Assembly (NCBI GenBank): GCA_000165425.1
Contig: CT868652.1
Span: forward strand, 366,813-386,812
Length of the DNA stretch: 20,000 nt
Origin: Paramecium tetraurelia
Taxonomy: Eukaryota
Direction of reading: 5' to 3'
Numbering within the stretch: the stretch's first letter is position 1; the number at the start of each line of letters is the position of its first letter. This document shows positions 1 through 14,160 of this stretch, piece by piece. The notes beneath the pieces are model-generated. The model was not told where the DNA came from and did not search any database. It saw nothing but the letters and a program-made list of their open reading frames with translations. A program made the translations under genes and the position numbers.

Positions 1-901
1 TTTGGAACCGACAACTTAAGAAACTCCGAAATCTGCAATTTTAGCAGTTTTACCAGACATCAATACATTTTGAGGTTTGAGATCTCTGTGTACAACTTTA
101 TTTTTATGGACTAGGATATTGAAATATATATTACGGAATGCTAAGCCTTTTATGCAATCTCGAAAAAGAGAAGAAAGAATATCTTCGGTTAATTCTTCAT
201 CCTCGTTCAATTTATAAAATTTGCCTTCATCATCATCCCATTCAATGAGTTGACCTCCTTCTGCAAATTCAAGGACTAGAGTGTAAAAATGAGGAAATTT
301 ACCCATAAACAATTTATCACTTGTAGGATTGTCAATCACTTCATAAAGTTGAATAAGGTTGTTGTGTCTTAGTTTTTTCATGATAGCAATTTCCTTTTTG
401 ACATCTTGCAAAGCATCCTTGACAACTAGATCTAAAATGGAATAAAGAGGGTAGTTATACTTCCATTGGCATCTTTGACAAACTCTCTTTATCGTTTAAG
501 TTTGCTTTTTTTAAGTATTTTAATGGCAAATCTTTGAGTGGGATCTCCTTTCTTATGAGCCAGTTTGACTTTACCAAAGGCACCTTGACCTAAAAACTCA
601 TCGAAAACATAATCATTTAACATCTTTTATCCCTAAGTAGATGTATTTTGATATATAATTACTTCTTCATTTTTGAGTGTGACAGCCTTGACAGTTTCTC
701 TCACTTTTTTGTTTTTCTAAGAAAGAACTAACGAAAATAGATTACTTTAGGGATTTTGACTTTGATTAATGTCTAAGGTTAGGTCTTTTTATCTTATAAT
801 AACAAGGAGGATTGCTGATCATGCATATAAGGTGAGGCAGAATGTTCCTGTATAACTTAATTAATCCTAGCTTCTTTTTTCTTTGCACAAACTGATCCCA
901 T
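1..901 (-). CDS. CaMKK-like (CaMKK/SAK1/GRIK-type) Ser/Thr protein kinase, 5' part; gene continues beyond the window start
   Basis: Code-6 translation from ATG at 901: MGSVCAKKKE...NDYVFDEFLGQGAFGKVKLA...FAIKILKKSKLKRQREF...VKKEIAIMKKLRHNNLIQLYEVIDNPTSDKLFMVLEF...[18 protein letters not shown]...KIADFGVSQ. The insert after VAIK, EIAIMKKL.H.N and DFGVS are typical of the CaMKK family. GT..AG introns inferred at 717-745, 633-662, 432-460, 276-302 and 111-134. Confidence 0.9.
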
Positions 902-1109
902 TATTAAATTGAATATTATATAATTGAACTAATTAACTTATTGAGAGTGAATATTAGATAACATTATTAAATTAAAGTACTTTTAAATACACGGAATTCT
1001 TAAACATTAAACTGATGAGATGAGAGTCATAATGGTAAATATCTTGATTAGTATATAAATATGATATTTTATAGCATCATCTGAGATATTATATAATAAT
1101 ATTAAAAAA
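902..1109. promoter_or_regulatory. 208-bp AT-rich divergent intergenic region (putative bidirectional promoter) between two kinase genes
   Basis: Lies between head-to-head ATGs at 901 (-) and 1110 (+). No specific motif identified; the call is positional only. Confidence 0.45.
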
Positions 1110-3210
<2,101 letters not shown>

Positions 3211-3253
3211 GATAAATTAAATATAATTCGTTCTTAAATTAAATTTATAATTA

Positions 3254-5299
3254 ATGAATTAAAACAATACAATAAATATTAGAGCAATTAGAAATAAGAA
3301 ATCAATTAAAAAGGACTTGTCATTATAACCAAAGAACATACATGATCAATACTATTAAGAATCTGATGATAGTGAAGATGAAAAGGTATTATTACTCAAT
3401 TCATAAATAGATATTATCTAAAATTGGAAGATTGCAAACAAAGAAATACAAAGATAAAGATTTTATTGGTTATGATGAGAATCTAAACAAAATTCAGAAA
3501 AAAAAATAGTTTCAAGATACCATTGATGAATTCATTAATAAGACTGAAAACAAAGATTGGTGGAGAGTAGTCAGAGATGAGTTAAACAACCAAGATGTAG
3601 TATTAAGTGATAAGCAATTGTAATTGTTAGACAGAATTAGAACAGGCAAAACTGCAATCAAATTATCAGATGATGTAAATACCATATTATATATCAACGT
3701 AGTATTATTTTGAACATGAAGATTTCAATCAATTTGATCTCCTTTCTTCATACAATCCAAAACGTAGGTTCCTGCCATCTAAATGGGAGAGAATTAAAAT
3801 TAATAAATTAGTTTAAGGCATTAAATTAGGGAGAATAGTTTTGAATCCACCTTAAAAAGTGGAGAAGATGTTTGACATCTGGGAAAATGTAGCTGAAGAT
3901 CAAGTGTTAAGCAAATATTTACCAGCCAGAATACCAGCTTCTAAGGCTTAATTACCATCAAATGTTGCTAGTTATAATCCTCCAGAAGAATACCTATTTA
4001 CTGAATAAGAAAAGTAATAATGGTTGTAAACTGATCCAGAAGACAGAGAAATACCATTTATTCCATAAAAGTTTAAGCATCTACGAAATGTCCCTTCATC
4101 AGAATAATTAGCAAAGGATTTATTCAATCGATGCTTGGATTTATATTTGGCACCTAGAATTAGAAGAAAGAAATTGATGATGAAATCTACAGATTTTCTA
4201 CCAGAAATTCCAAAACCAGAAGAATTGAAACCTTTTCCAACTAAATTAAATTTCGAATTCGGTTAGATTGATACAACAAAATCAGGCTAAGTTAAACAAA
4301 TCTCTATATCACAAGATGGCTAACTCTTAGGAGTTTGTTATGAATTTGCTATTGCATTCTTTGATACCAAGACATCTAAATGTTTATATACTAAATGGTA
4401 ATCAGATGATAAACAATTTTTGGGATTAGATTTCAGTTCATCTGGATTAATTTGTATTCTATAATCAAATGGATTCATCATCTTAAATTCATATATTGAT
4501 AAAAGATAACATCCAAATGTTGAAGATGGTGAAAAGGCAAATAAATAAATTCCTAAAAATTCAAACAATGTCTTCGAGTGGAATTTTGAGTTGGATGATA
4601 ATGTGTTTCAACAATTGCTTGAAGTGAAAATGCCTTATGATCCCTTGTATGCTCAATTTCATAGTAAATCTGATTATATTGTGAGTACATAGCCTCATAC
4701 TCATGTGAAATCTCATTGCATTTTAGTTCATTCCATCAGTAAGTCATCAACATCTATTCCCTTTTAAAATATGAAAGCTTCCACTGAAGTACAATAAACT
4801 ATCTTCCACCCGACCAAACCAGAATTATACATTATGACTAATAAAAACATTTTTATTTATTCATTAACCAAATAGTAATTAATGAAAAAACTACTAGCAG
4901 GTAATTAATAAAACTCAACAATTGCAATTCATCCATATGGAGATAATTTAATCGTAGGATCAAATGATCAGAAAGTGTGTTGGTTTGATTTAGATATGGG
5001 AAAAACACCTTTTAAGAAAATGAGTTATCATAAAAATGGAGTTAGGCGTGTTATTTTCCATAAGACTTATCCTTTGTTTGCTTCTTGTTCTGATGATGGT
5101 ATAAATGTATCTAATTAAAGGAACTATCAATATTTTCCATTGCCGTATTAGTACTGACTTGAATTAGGCTCCAGTAATTCTCCCCTTGAAAGTGTTGAAA
5201 TAAAAGAAAAAGGAATCAGTGATGGATGTTGCATTTCATCCAACTTAGCCATGGATCTATTCGGCAAGTAAAGAAGGAGTAGTAAGTCTATGGACTTGA
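3254..5299 (+). CDS. BOP1: Ribosome biogenesis protein BOP1/Erb1 (BOP1NT domain plus WD40 repeats; PeBoW complex), ~656 aa
   Basis: Signature motifs [93 protein letters not shown]. Introns 3386-3410, 3675-3702 and 5099-5120; TGA at 5297-5299; spliced length 1971 nt. Confidence 0.95.
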
Positions 5300-5754
5300 T
5301 GTATATAAATAATTATAATAAATCTATTAATACGTGTTTATTCTTATTTGAATTAAATAATGCAAATGTGTCTAATTTTCTTCTTTACTAACGTTTAATA
5401 TTCATTAATATAATAAATATTGTATCATATACATTAGTCATTTTAATTAAATTATATAAAATGTAACTTAGATTCTGCGATAAATAAATAAAAATTATGT
5501 ATTTAAATAACAAATAGTGACAGATTATCTAATATTCATTAAAAATAGTCAATAGATTTATAATCAGATAAATTAGGATTTACAAAATTTATTTATTGTA
5601 TCTTGATAGATTTCAAAGTTGTTATGTTTAACATTTATTTCATATCTCTTGGTTCCTTCTTGCCTTAAGTTGATGATTGATAATTCAAATTAAAATAAGT
5701 TACATTAGCTAAGTATTGAATATTAAGGTAAATAATTAAAAATTAATATAAAAA

Positions 5755-6708
5755 ATGATAAAGAGAAATGAAAAATTAAAGAAATAAATAGCCCCTTCTA
5801 GGAATTAAAATAATAAAGCATGTTTAAAACCTTAAGTCTTTTAATTTCCACAGTTAATGAATAAAACTACTACATTTACAGAAGCAATCAGATTTTAAGG
5901 ATAAATTCAATAACCATTTACACCTGATGTCATGATTAGATAATCCATAAACAAACCAAGAATGATTGAATAACCAAAATTCAAAAACAATTATGGAATT
6001 TAACGCTTTTCAGCAAAAATTGTTTCAAAGCAATAAAATGTTAAGGAACCAGTCATCATAAAAATAACTACAAATAAAAATCATAATGTTCTTCAATAAT
6101 TAGAAGAATAGAGTGAATATTAATTAAGTGAATTAGGGACATTCGATGATTTGATTCAGCAAATTTAAGAACGAGTATTGGCTAAAAATTCAAACATTTT
6201 ATAATTGGCATAAGACCTTTGTTCTATAGAAACAATTGATTTGAGAGGTTTCTAATGTATTCCTTAATTGATAAAACACCTTGTGATTTCATCAGTTTAA
6301 TAGCAACTTCACATTTCATAAATCCTATCTATATTATTTACATTATGTGAGGAAATAATGACTAGAGATGATCTTGATGAGTCTTTATTGGAAATTATTA
6401 AAGTGTATCTGCAAAAAGGTTACGAATCTAATCTTCAAATGATAGTCATATTCATAAAACGTTGTGGCTAGATGATATATTACATCAGAAGCAACAAATA
6501 GAAAGTGTTTAGTGAACTTATCCTAACTTTGTTACTTAAATTCAATAGTACGAGTTCATTTGAGGAATCTCAATTGTAATTGTCATTTAATATAATACTG
6601 AGACACAAATAATTGAGATTGTATATAAAGGATAATTAAGATATTTATAAATTGAAACAACTTTCATTAGTAGATTAATTATAGAGATTTAAAATTAAAA
6701 TTAATTGA
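5755..6708 (+). CDS. Hypothetical protein, 317 aa, intronless; basic/Q-rich N-terminus and predicted helical C-terminal half
   Basis: 954-nt frame from ATG (preceded by an A-rich context) to TGA 6706-6708 with no internal TGA, filling the gap between BOP1 and the convergent YIPF6. No family recognised. Confidence 0.7.
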
Positions 6709-6781
6709 TAAAATGCACTTATATTTATATGTATTATTATCTTAAAATAAATGCTTATGATCATAAATTGTAATCTATAAA

Positions 6782-7573
6782 TCAAATAAAAATGCAAAAC
6801 CAAGACAGAAACATGTAAAAGAGAAATATTGGATATACAGAAATGACTTTCTTCTCTTCATTCATCATACTGCTCATAAAAGACAGTGAAGCTATTTATA
6901 GTTTAAATAAACTCACAAAATGTTGACCAGAGAAATGCAGCACCAACAATTATTAATCTTAAGAAGAATCCCAAATATGATTAAAGGAAAGTTATCAAAA
7001 CAGCAGCCACATTTATTGGAAATACACAATAACCAAGCACACAAACACTCTAAAAAAATGAAACCTATCCACCCAACAACTTTGCATTTACTCTAAATTC
7101 AAACTTAAATTTTAAACATACGTTATCACTGCAGACCCTCCCCACATAATTATGAAGATTGTCCCAAAGATAGTATCAGCTAAATATTAATTATCTCAAC
7201 TAATACATGATTGATTAGAATTTATTCCTAGTGTCCTAATTTATAATCAACAAATTTTACATTGCTAACAACAATGACAAGAGCAATGGTCCCCATAAAT
7301 CCCCTATTTTAATTTAATCTAATCTTTTACAATTTCTCAATTTTCTTCCTTGGGTCTCTTTCATCCTTGGAATTATGACATAAGACAATTTGTAAAGAAT
7401 CATATTAATATCTCTCAACTTTACATTAAAATCAAATTTACTAAAGTATCCATAACTGGCTCATCTAAAGTGTTCACTTACACTTCTTATTAATTCATAT
7501 GAGCATAATCCACAAACTTTGCTTGTCCTTAAAACATTCCACTCCCAAAGGGAACTTAATGATTATCTGTCAT
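6782..7573 (-). CDS. YIPF6: Yip1-domain Golgi membrane protein, YIPF6/Yip4-like (~211 aa)
   Basis: Spliced translation NTLDEPVMDTLLRD...LRNWDLWGPLLLSLLLA...WGGSAVITVNAKLLGGQVSFFQSVCVLGYCVFP...VYPIFLFYMFLSWFCIFI*. Six introns of 23, 27, 25, 27, 29 and 25 nt leave 636 nt. Confidence 0.92.
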
Positions 7574-7590
7574 TTATATTAATTATATTT

Positions 7591-7740
7591 NNNNNNNNNN
7601 NNNNNNNNNNNNNNNNNNNNNNNNNNNNNNNNNNNNNNNNNNNNNNNNNNNNNNNNNNNNNNNNNNNNNNNNNNNNNNNNNNNNNNNNNNNNNNNNNNNN
7701 NNNNNNNNNNNNNNNNNNNNNNNNNNNNNNNNNNNNNNNN
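7591..7740. other. Assembly gap (150 N)
   Basis: Run of exactly 150 N. Confidence 1.
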
Positions 7741-7820
7741 TGATCATTATAATTTTATTAATGGTGGGCCTAAATGAGATAAATTAAATATAATTCGTTC
7801 TTAAATTAAATTTATAATTA

Positions 7821-9866
7821 ATGAATTAAAACAATACAATAAATATTAGAGCAATTAGAAATAAGAAATCAATTAAAAAGGACTTGTCATTATAACCAAA
7901 GAACATACATGATCAATACTATTAAGAATCTGATGATAGTGAAGATGAAAAGGTATTATTACTCAATTCATAAATAGATATTATCTAAAATTGGAAGATT
8001 GCAAACAAAGAAATACAAAGATAAAGATTTTATTGGTTATGATGAGAATCTAAACAAAATTCAGAAAAAAAAATAGTTTCAAGATACCATTGATGAATTC
8101 ATTAATAAGACTGAAAACAAAGATTGGTGGAGAGTAGTCAGAGATGAGTTAAACAACCAAGATGTAGTATTAAGTGATAAGCAATTGTAATTGTTAGACA
8201 GAATTAGAACAGGCAAAACTGCAATCAAATTATCAGATGATGTAAATACCATATTATATATCAACGTAGTATTATTTTGAACATGAAGATTTCAATCAAT
8301 TTGATCTCCTTTCTTCATACAATCCAAAACGTAGGTTCCTGCCATCTAAATGGGAGAGAATTAAAATTAATAAATTAGTTTAAGGCATTAAATTAGGGAG
8401 AATAGTTTTGAATCCACCTTAAAAAGTGGAGAAGATGTTTGACATCTGGGAAAATGTAGCTGAAGATCAAGTGTTAAGCAAATATTTACCAGCCAGAATA
8501 CCAGCTTCTAAGGCTTAATTACCATCAAATGTTGCTAGTTATAATCCTCCAGAAGAATACCTATTTACTGAATAAGAAAAGTAATAATGGTTGTAAACTG
8601 ATCCAGAAGACAGAGAAATACCATTTATTCCATAAAAGTTTAAGCATCTACGAAATGTCCCTTCATCAGAATAATTAGCAAAGGATTTATTCAATCGATG
8701 CTTGGATTTATATTTGGCACCTAGAATTAGAAGAAAGAAATTGATGATGAAATCTACAGATTTTCTACCAGAAATTCCAAAACCAGAAGAATTGAAACCT
8801 TTTCCAACTAAATTAAATTTCGAATTCGGTTAGATTGATACAACAAAATCAGGCTAAGTTAAACAAATCTCTATATCACAAGATGGCTAACTCTTAGGAG
8901 TTTGTTATGAATTTGCTATTGCATTCTTTGATACCAAGACATCTAAATGTTTATATACTAAATGGTAATCAGATGATAAACAATTTTTGGGATTAGATTT
9001 CAGTTCATCTGGATTAATTTGTATTCTATAATCAAATGGATTCATCATCTTAAATTCATATATTGATAAAAGATAACATCCAAATGTTGAAGATGGTGAA
9101 AAGGCAAATAAATAAATTCCTAAAAATTCAAACAATGTCTTCGAGTGGAATTTTGAGTTGGATGATAATGTGTTTCAACAATTGCTTGAAGTGAAAATGC
9201 CTTATGATCCCTTGTATGCTCAATTTCATAGTAAATCTGATTATATTGTGAGTACATAGCCTCATACTCATGTGAAATCTCATTGCATTTTAGTTCATTC
9301 CATCAGTAAGTCATCAACATCTATTCCCTTTTAAAATATGAAAGCTTCCACTGAAGTACAATAAACTATCTTCCACCCGACCAAACCAGAATTATACATT
9401 ATGACTAATAAAAACATTTTTATTTATTCATTAACCAAATAGTAATTAATGAAAAAACTACTAGCAGGTAATTAATAAAACTCAACAATTGCAATTCATC
9501 CATATGGAGATAATTTAATCGTAGGATCAAATGATCAGAAAGTGTGTTGGTTTGATTTAGATATGGGAAAAACACCTTTTAAGAAAATGAGTTATCATAA
9601 AAATGGAGTTAGGCGTGTTATTTTCCATAAGACTTATCCTTTGTTTGCTTCTTGTTCTGATGATGGTATAAATGTATCTAATTAAAGGAACTATCAATAT
9701 TTTCCATTGCCGTATTAGTACTGACTTGAATTAGGCTCCAGTAATTCTCCCCTTGAAAGTGTTGAAATAAAAGAAAAAGGAATCAGTGATGGATGTTGCA
9801 TTTCATCCAACTTAGCCATGGATCTATTCGGCAAGTAAAGAAGGAGTAGTAAGTCTATGGACTTGA
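7821..9866 (+). CDS. BOP1: Second copy of BOP1/Erb1 (probably a redundant contig rather than a real paralogue)
   Basis: Identical by eye to 3254-5299 at offset 4567. Confidence 0.75.
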
Positions 9867-10321
9867 TGTATATAAATAATTATAATAAATCTATTAATAC
9901 GTGTTTATTCTTATTTGAATTAAATAATGCAAATGTGTCTAATTTTCTTCTTTACTAACGTTTAATATTCATTAATATAATAAATATTGTATCATATACA
10001 TTAGTCATTTTAATTAAATTATATAAAATGTAACTTAGATTCTGCGATAAATAAATAAAAATTATGTATTTAAATAACAAATAGTGACAGATTATCTAAT
10101 ATTCATTAAAAATAGTCAATAGATTTATAATCAGATAAATTAGGATTTACAAAATTTATTTATTGTATCTTGATAGATTTCAAAGTTGTTATGTTTAACA
10201 TTTATTTCATATCTCTTGGTTCCTTCTTGCCTTAAGTTGATGATTGATAATTCAAATTAAAATAAGTTACATTAGCTAAGTATTGAATATTAAGGTAAAT
10301 AATTAAAAATTAATATAAAAA

Positions 10322-10489
10322 ATGATAAAGAGAAATGAAAAATTAAAGAAATAAATAGCCCCTTCTAGGAATTAAAATAATAAAGCATGTTTAAAACCTT
10401 AAGTCTTTTAATTTCCACAGTTAATGAATAAAACTACTACATTTACAGAAGCAATCAGATTTAAGGATAAATTCAATAACCATTTACAC
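10322..10489 (+). CDS. Partial second copy of the hypothetical gene 5755-6708, truncated by the gap and carrying a 1-nt deletion near the contig end
   Basis: AGATTTAAGG here versus AGATTTTAAGG in copy 1 (~5890-5900). Confidence 0.5.
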
Positions 10490-10639
10490 NNNNNNNNNNN
10501 NNNNNNNNNNNNNNNNNNNNNNNNNNNNNNNNNNNNNNNNNNNNNNNNNNNNNNNNNNNNNNNNNNNNNNNNNNNNNNNNNNNNNNNNNNNNNNNNNNNN
10601 NNNNNNNNNNNNNNNNNNNNNNNNNNNNNNNNNNNNNNN
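10490..10639. other. Assembly gap (150 N)
   Basis: Run of exactly 150 N. Confidence 1.
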
Positions 10640-11338
10640 CATAAAAGACAGTGAAGCTATTTATAGTTTAAATAAACTCACAAAATGTTGACCAGAGAAA
10701 TGCAGCACCAACAATTATTAATCTTAAGAAGAATCCCAAATATGATTAAAGGAAAGTTATCAAAACAGCAGCCACATTTATTGGAAATACACAATAACCA
10801 AGCACACAAACACTCTAAAAAAATGAAACCTATCCACCCAACAACTTTGCATTTACTCTAAATTCAAACTTAAATTTTAAACATACGTTATCACTGCAGA
10901 CCCTCCCCACATAATTATGAAGATTGTCCCAAAGATAGTATCAGCTAAATATTAATTATCTCAACTAATACATGATTGATTAGAATTTATTCCTAGTGTC
11001 CTAATTTATAATCAACAAATTTTACATTGCTAACAACAATGACAAGAGCAATGGTCCCCATAAATCCCCTATTTTAATTTAATCTAATCTTTTACAATTT
11101 CTCAATTTTCTTCCTTGGGTCTCTTTCATCCTTGGAATTATGACATAAGACAATTTGTAAAGAATCATATTAATATCTCTCAACTTTACATTAAAATCAA
11201 ATTTACTAAAGTATCCATAACTGGCTCATCTAAAGTGTTCACTTACACTTCTTATTAATTCATATGAGCATAATCCACAAACTTTGCTTGTCCTTAAAAC
11301 ATTCCACTCCCAAAGGGAACTTAATGATTATCTGTCAT
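10640..11338 (-). CDS. YIPF6: Second copy of the YIPF6/Yip4-like gene, 3' end lost in the gap
   Basis: Identical by eye to 6875-7573; ATG at 11338. Confidence 0.75.
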
Positions 11339-11355
11339 TTATATTAATTATATTT
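10640..11355 (+). repeat. Direct copy of 6875-7590 (offset 3765) that then continues into unique sequence
   Basis: The 716 bp ending the contig before gap 1 are the same as the 716 bp starting the contig after gap 2. Confidence 0.97.
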
Positions 11356-12184
11356 ATAAAATATAATATAATTAAGTTAACCAATATGATATCTATTTAA
11401 TTCCAACCTCAATGATTTATTTGGCTAATATTTCAAACTGATCAAAAATTATAGATTCATTGAAGTGACTTAGTTCATTGTAAACATTTAACATTTACAT
11501 TTTATTCTATAAATCAATTTTGTATTTAAATATAAACTATTACTTATAACTTCTATAGAAAAGATAATACAATCTTATTAATTAAATAACTGAGAACTTT
11601 TTATAAATTTGAAATAAAATAAGTTGAAGTGATATTTATCAATAATGCTATTAAAACTCAAACTTTGATAATTATAATAAATTAAGAAGAGAATAGAAGA
11701 GTTAATAAATAATATTGAGATATTATGAATTTGATATTGGATTAATATGTGTTAATATTAATAATAATAATTTAATATATCTTTTGAAAGGAGGGTTAAC
11801 ACTCTTAGGTTTTCTTAATATTTAAAAAGGTCAGAGGCTCTACTAATTGATTTGTTTTGTTTTGCTTAATTTTATAACTTCAATTATTACATTCCTCTAT
11901 TAAAGCAATCTAAGCTCTCTTTTTCTATTAAATATATTAGAATTCTTATATAAATTTATAATTAATTCTAAGCATTTAGTCCAAATTAAATTGCTAAACA
12001 AGTTATTACTTTTTAAATATAAATTAAAATTAAAATAAATATTTAAACTTGTTTAAGGGCTTAAAGCTTAAGTTGGTTTTGATTATTAAATACTTATAGA
12101 GATATTGATTATGCCTTTAATAATATTTGATATTATAAAATTATATAAGAATAATTTTAGTATTTCTAACATAAAATATAATTA

Positions 12185-13735
12185 ATGGAAAAAAATCAAA
12201 GTTTAATTAATAAAGTATCACCATTTACTTCAATTACTGAGGGATAAAAGTATATTATCACAAAAAATCTACCTCAATTAATTTAAATGGTTTTAAAGGA
12301 TGGTGCTGAATTTCAATCAACCCAGATATAAAAATTAAAGGCGTTGTAATAATTAAAGATGATTTGCTGTATTGCAGATATCGGAGAATATCTAACTTAA
12401 ATATTTAAGTTATTGGCTAAGGTTTACACAAATGATGATAAGTATTATTTGATTGAGGTAAAAATAAATGTATATTTTGAATAGTGTAAATAAATATGTT
12501 ATGTGATTGGATTAAAGATACAAATAGATTATTATTTGCCTACATTGATAAACCAAGCAAGATTTGAATTGTAAGCTTAATAATCAAAAACATTATGCAA
12601 TCTGATTAATATGATAAGTGAAACTATAGTGCATGAAAATGATAATCTTGATCTTCAAAGTTTAGTCCATTTAATCAGCGATGTTGAGGGTGTCTATTCC
12701 GATTGTTGGGAAGTGATGGAATGTATCTATTATTTAGAAAATCGAATAATAAGTTAATCTCAACAAGAATTACCAATTTATGTTAGATAATTATTCTAAG
12801 CATTATTAACAATTAGATCATTTAATAAGATAGATTGTGAACCATTGCTTCATTAATTGTCAACTAAATGTGGTTACACAAGTGTAACTGATTTACATGC
12901 AAATGAAATCAGTTTGATTCTAGAATAAATAGTAAATTAAGAACATTTTAAAACTTGGAAACACAACTCAAGGGAATTCTTAAAATTTAAGGCTATTGTA
13001 ACAGGATGTGGAGATGGAATATCTAAATACATGCAATAAATTATATAAATCATGAAATTTTCTTTGGGAGGTGACTAAGAGGTTGAATTGCGTTTAGAAG
13101 TTCTATTGTTATTAGACAAAGTTGTTTAAATCTAATCAATCAAGGACACTATAAAAATGTATGCTGCAGTGATGATTTCATAATTATTGATATAATCTAT
13201 GGTCTGGAAAGCAAATAAACCAACTGTTAAAGTAAGAAAAGCAGCTGTAATAATTACACTCTAACTAAGTGAAATGTTAACATAAGAAGAAATATTGGAA
13301 TTATTTCCAGCTTTGGCTGCTCCATTGAAATCTTGTATGACAGATGATTGGGCACCAGATTTGAGATTCGCATCTAGTAAATTGGCAACTAATCTAATCC
13401 AAAAGTGCTAAATTTTAAATTATGAAATCATAAGGGATTTCTATCCTTCACTTTTAGAAAGATTAGATGATTCTCAAAATTAAATCAGAATAGAAATTAC
13501 TTATGCAATCGCTGCAATAATGTAATAGAAATATGATTCAACAACAATCTTGGAATATATTGTCAAGGCAACATTGATTCACTTGGATGACTCGAGCGAA
13601 GAAGTTCAAAGAGCAGTTTTCGAATGCTTATTGAAATGTCCGGAAAAAGCAGTTGTATTAAAAGAGGCAGAATAAGCAGTGAAGAATTTCAAATATCCAC
13701 GATTATGTTAGGAATTGATTAAATTAGTGAGTTGA
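12185..13735 (+). CDS. DNAAF5: HEAT-repeat protein resembling the central and C-terminal part of dynein axonemal assembly factor 5 (DNAAF5/HEATR2), ~507 aa
   Basis: Motifs MVWKANKPTVKVRKAAV, DDWAPDLR, FYPSLLERLDDSQNQIRI and LIHLDDSSEEVQRAVFECL resemble the DNAAF5 C-terminus as I recall it. One inferred intron at 12458-12484; TGA at 13733-13735; spliced length 1524 nt. Confidence 0.78.
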
Positions 13736-14160
13736 ATGTATTTGGATATTTTTATGAAATATATATAGTTTAACATATAAAATATTTTAAATTTACATAT
13801 AACCTTAATATTAAGAACTAAAGGCAAAGTCCAAAAGTCTATTCTAATTGAATTTTATTAATAAATTATACAAATCAATGATGATTAATGTATTCATATC
13901 GATATCTTTAATGAAGATAACTATATCCATAAACTGGTCTAATCTCAAATATACACACCTTTATTTTTAAATTATATGAATGTATTAAATAACTTAAGGT
14001 AAGTAAATCATGGCTTATATCTTATCTCAAAAAAAGGTGATTTTCAAAAGAATTGTCTTATAATATACTCCAATTATATAGTTGAATTTCTTTTCAAATA
14101 AATTAATATTGTTATTCCCAGAAGAATAAGGTATGACTTAACAACAAATTAATCATTAGA

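Larger units (their letters stand above)
7741..10489 (+). repeat. Near-identical direct copy of 3174-5923 (offset 4567), bounded by gaps on both sides
   Basis: Sequence and ORF track match at constant offset (3512/8079, 4338/8905), including introns and intergenic DNA. The only difference I saw is one missing T near 10460. Confidence 0.97.

Noticed and set aside
3512..4568. Minus-strand ORFs 3512-3697 and 4338-4568 (and copies 8079-8264, 8905-9135)
   Set aside because: Antisense shadows of BOP1.
5300..5754. Long TGA-free minus-strand frame in the BOP1-hypothetical spacer
   Set aside because: No suitable start or recognisable motif; long open frames arise easily in AT-rich DNA with a single stop codon. 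It could be a gene relic but is unsupported.
7519..7743. ORFs running into N gaps (7519-7743, 10424-10654)
   Set aside because: Artefacts of translating N runs.
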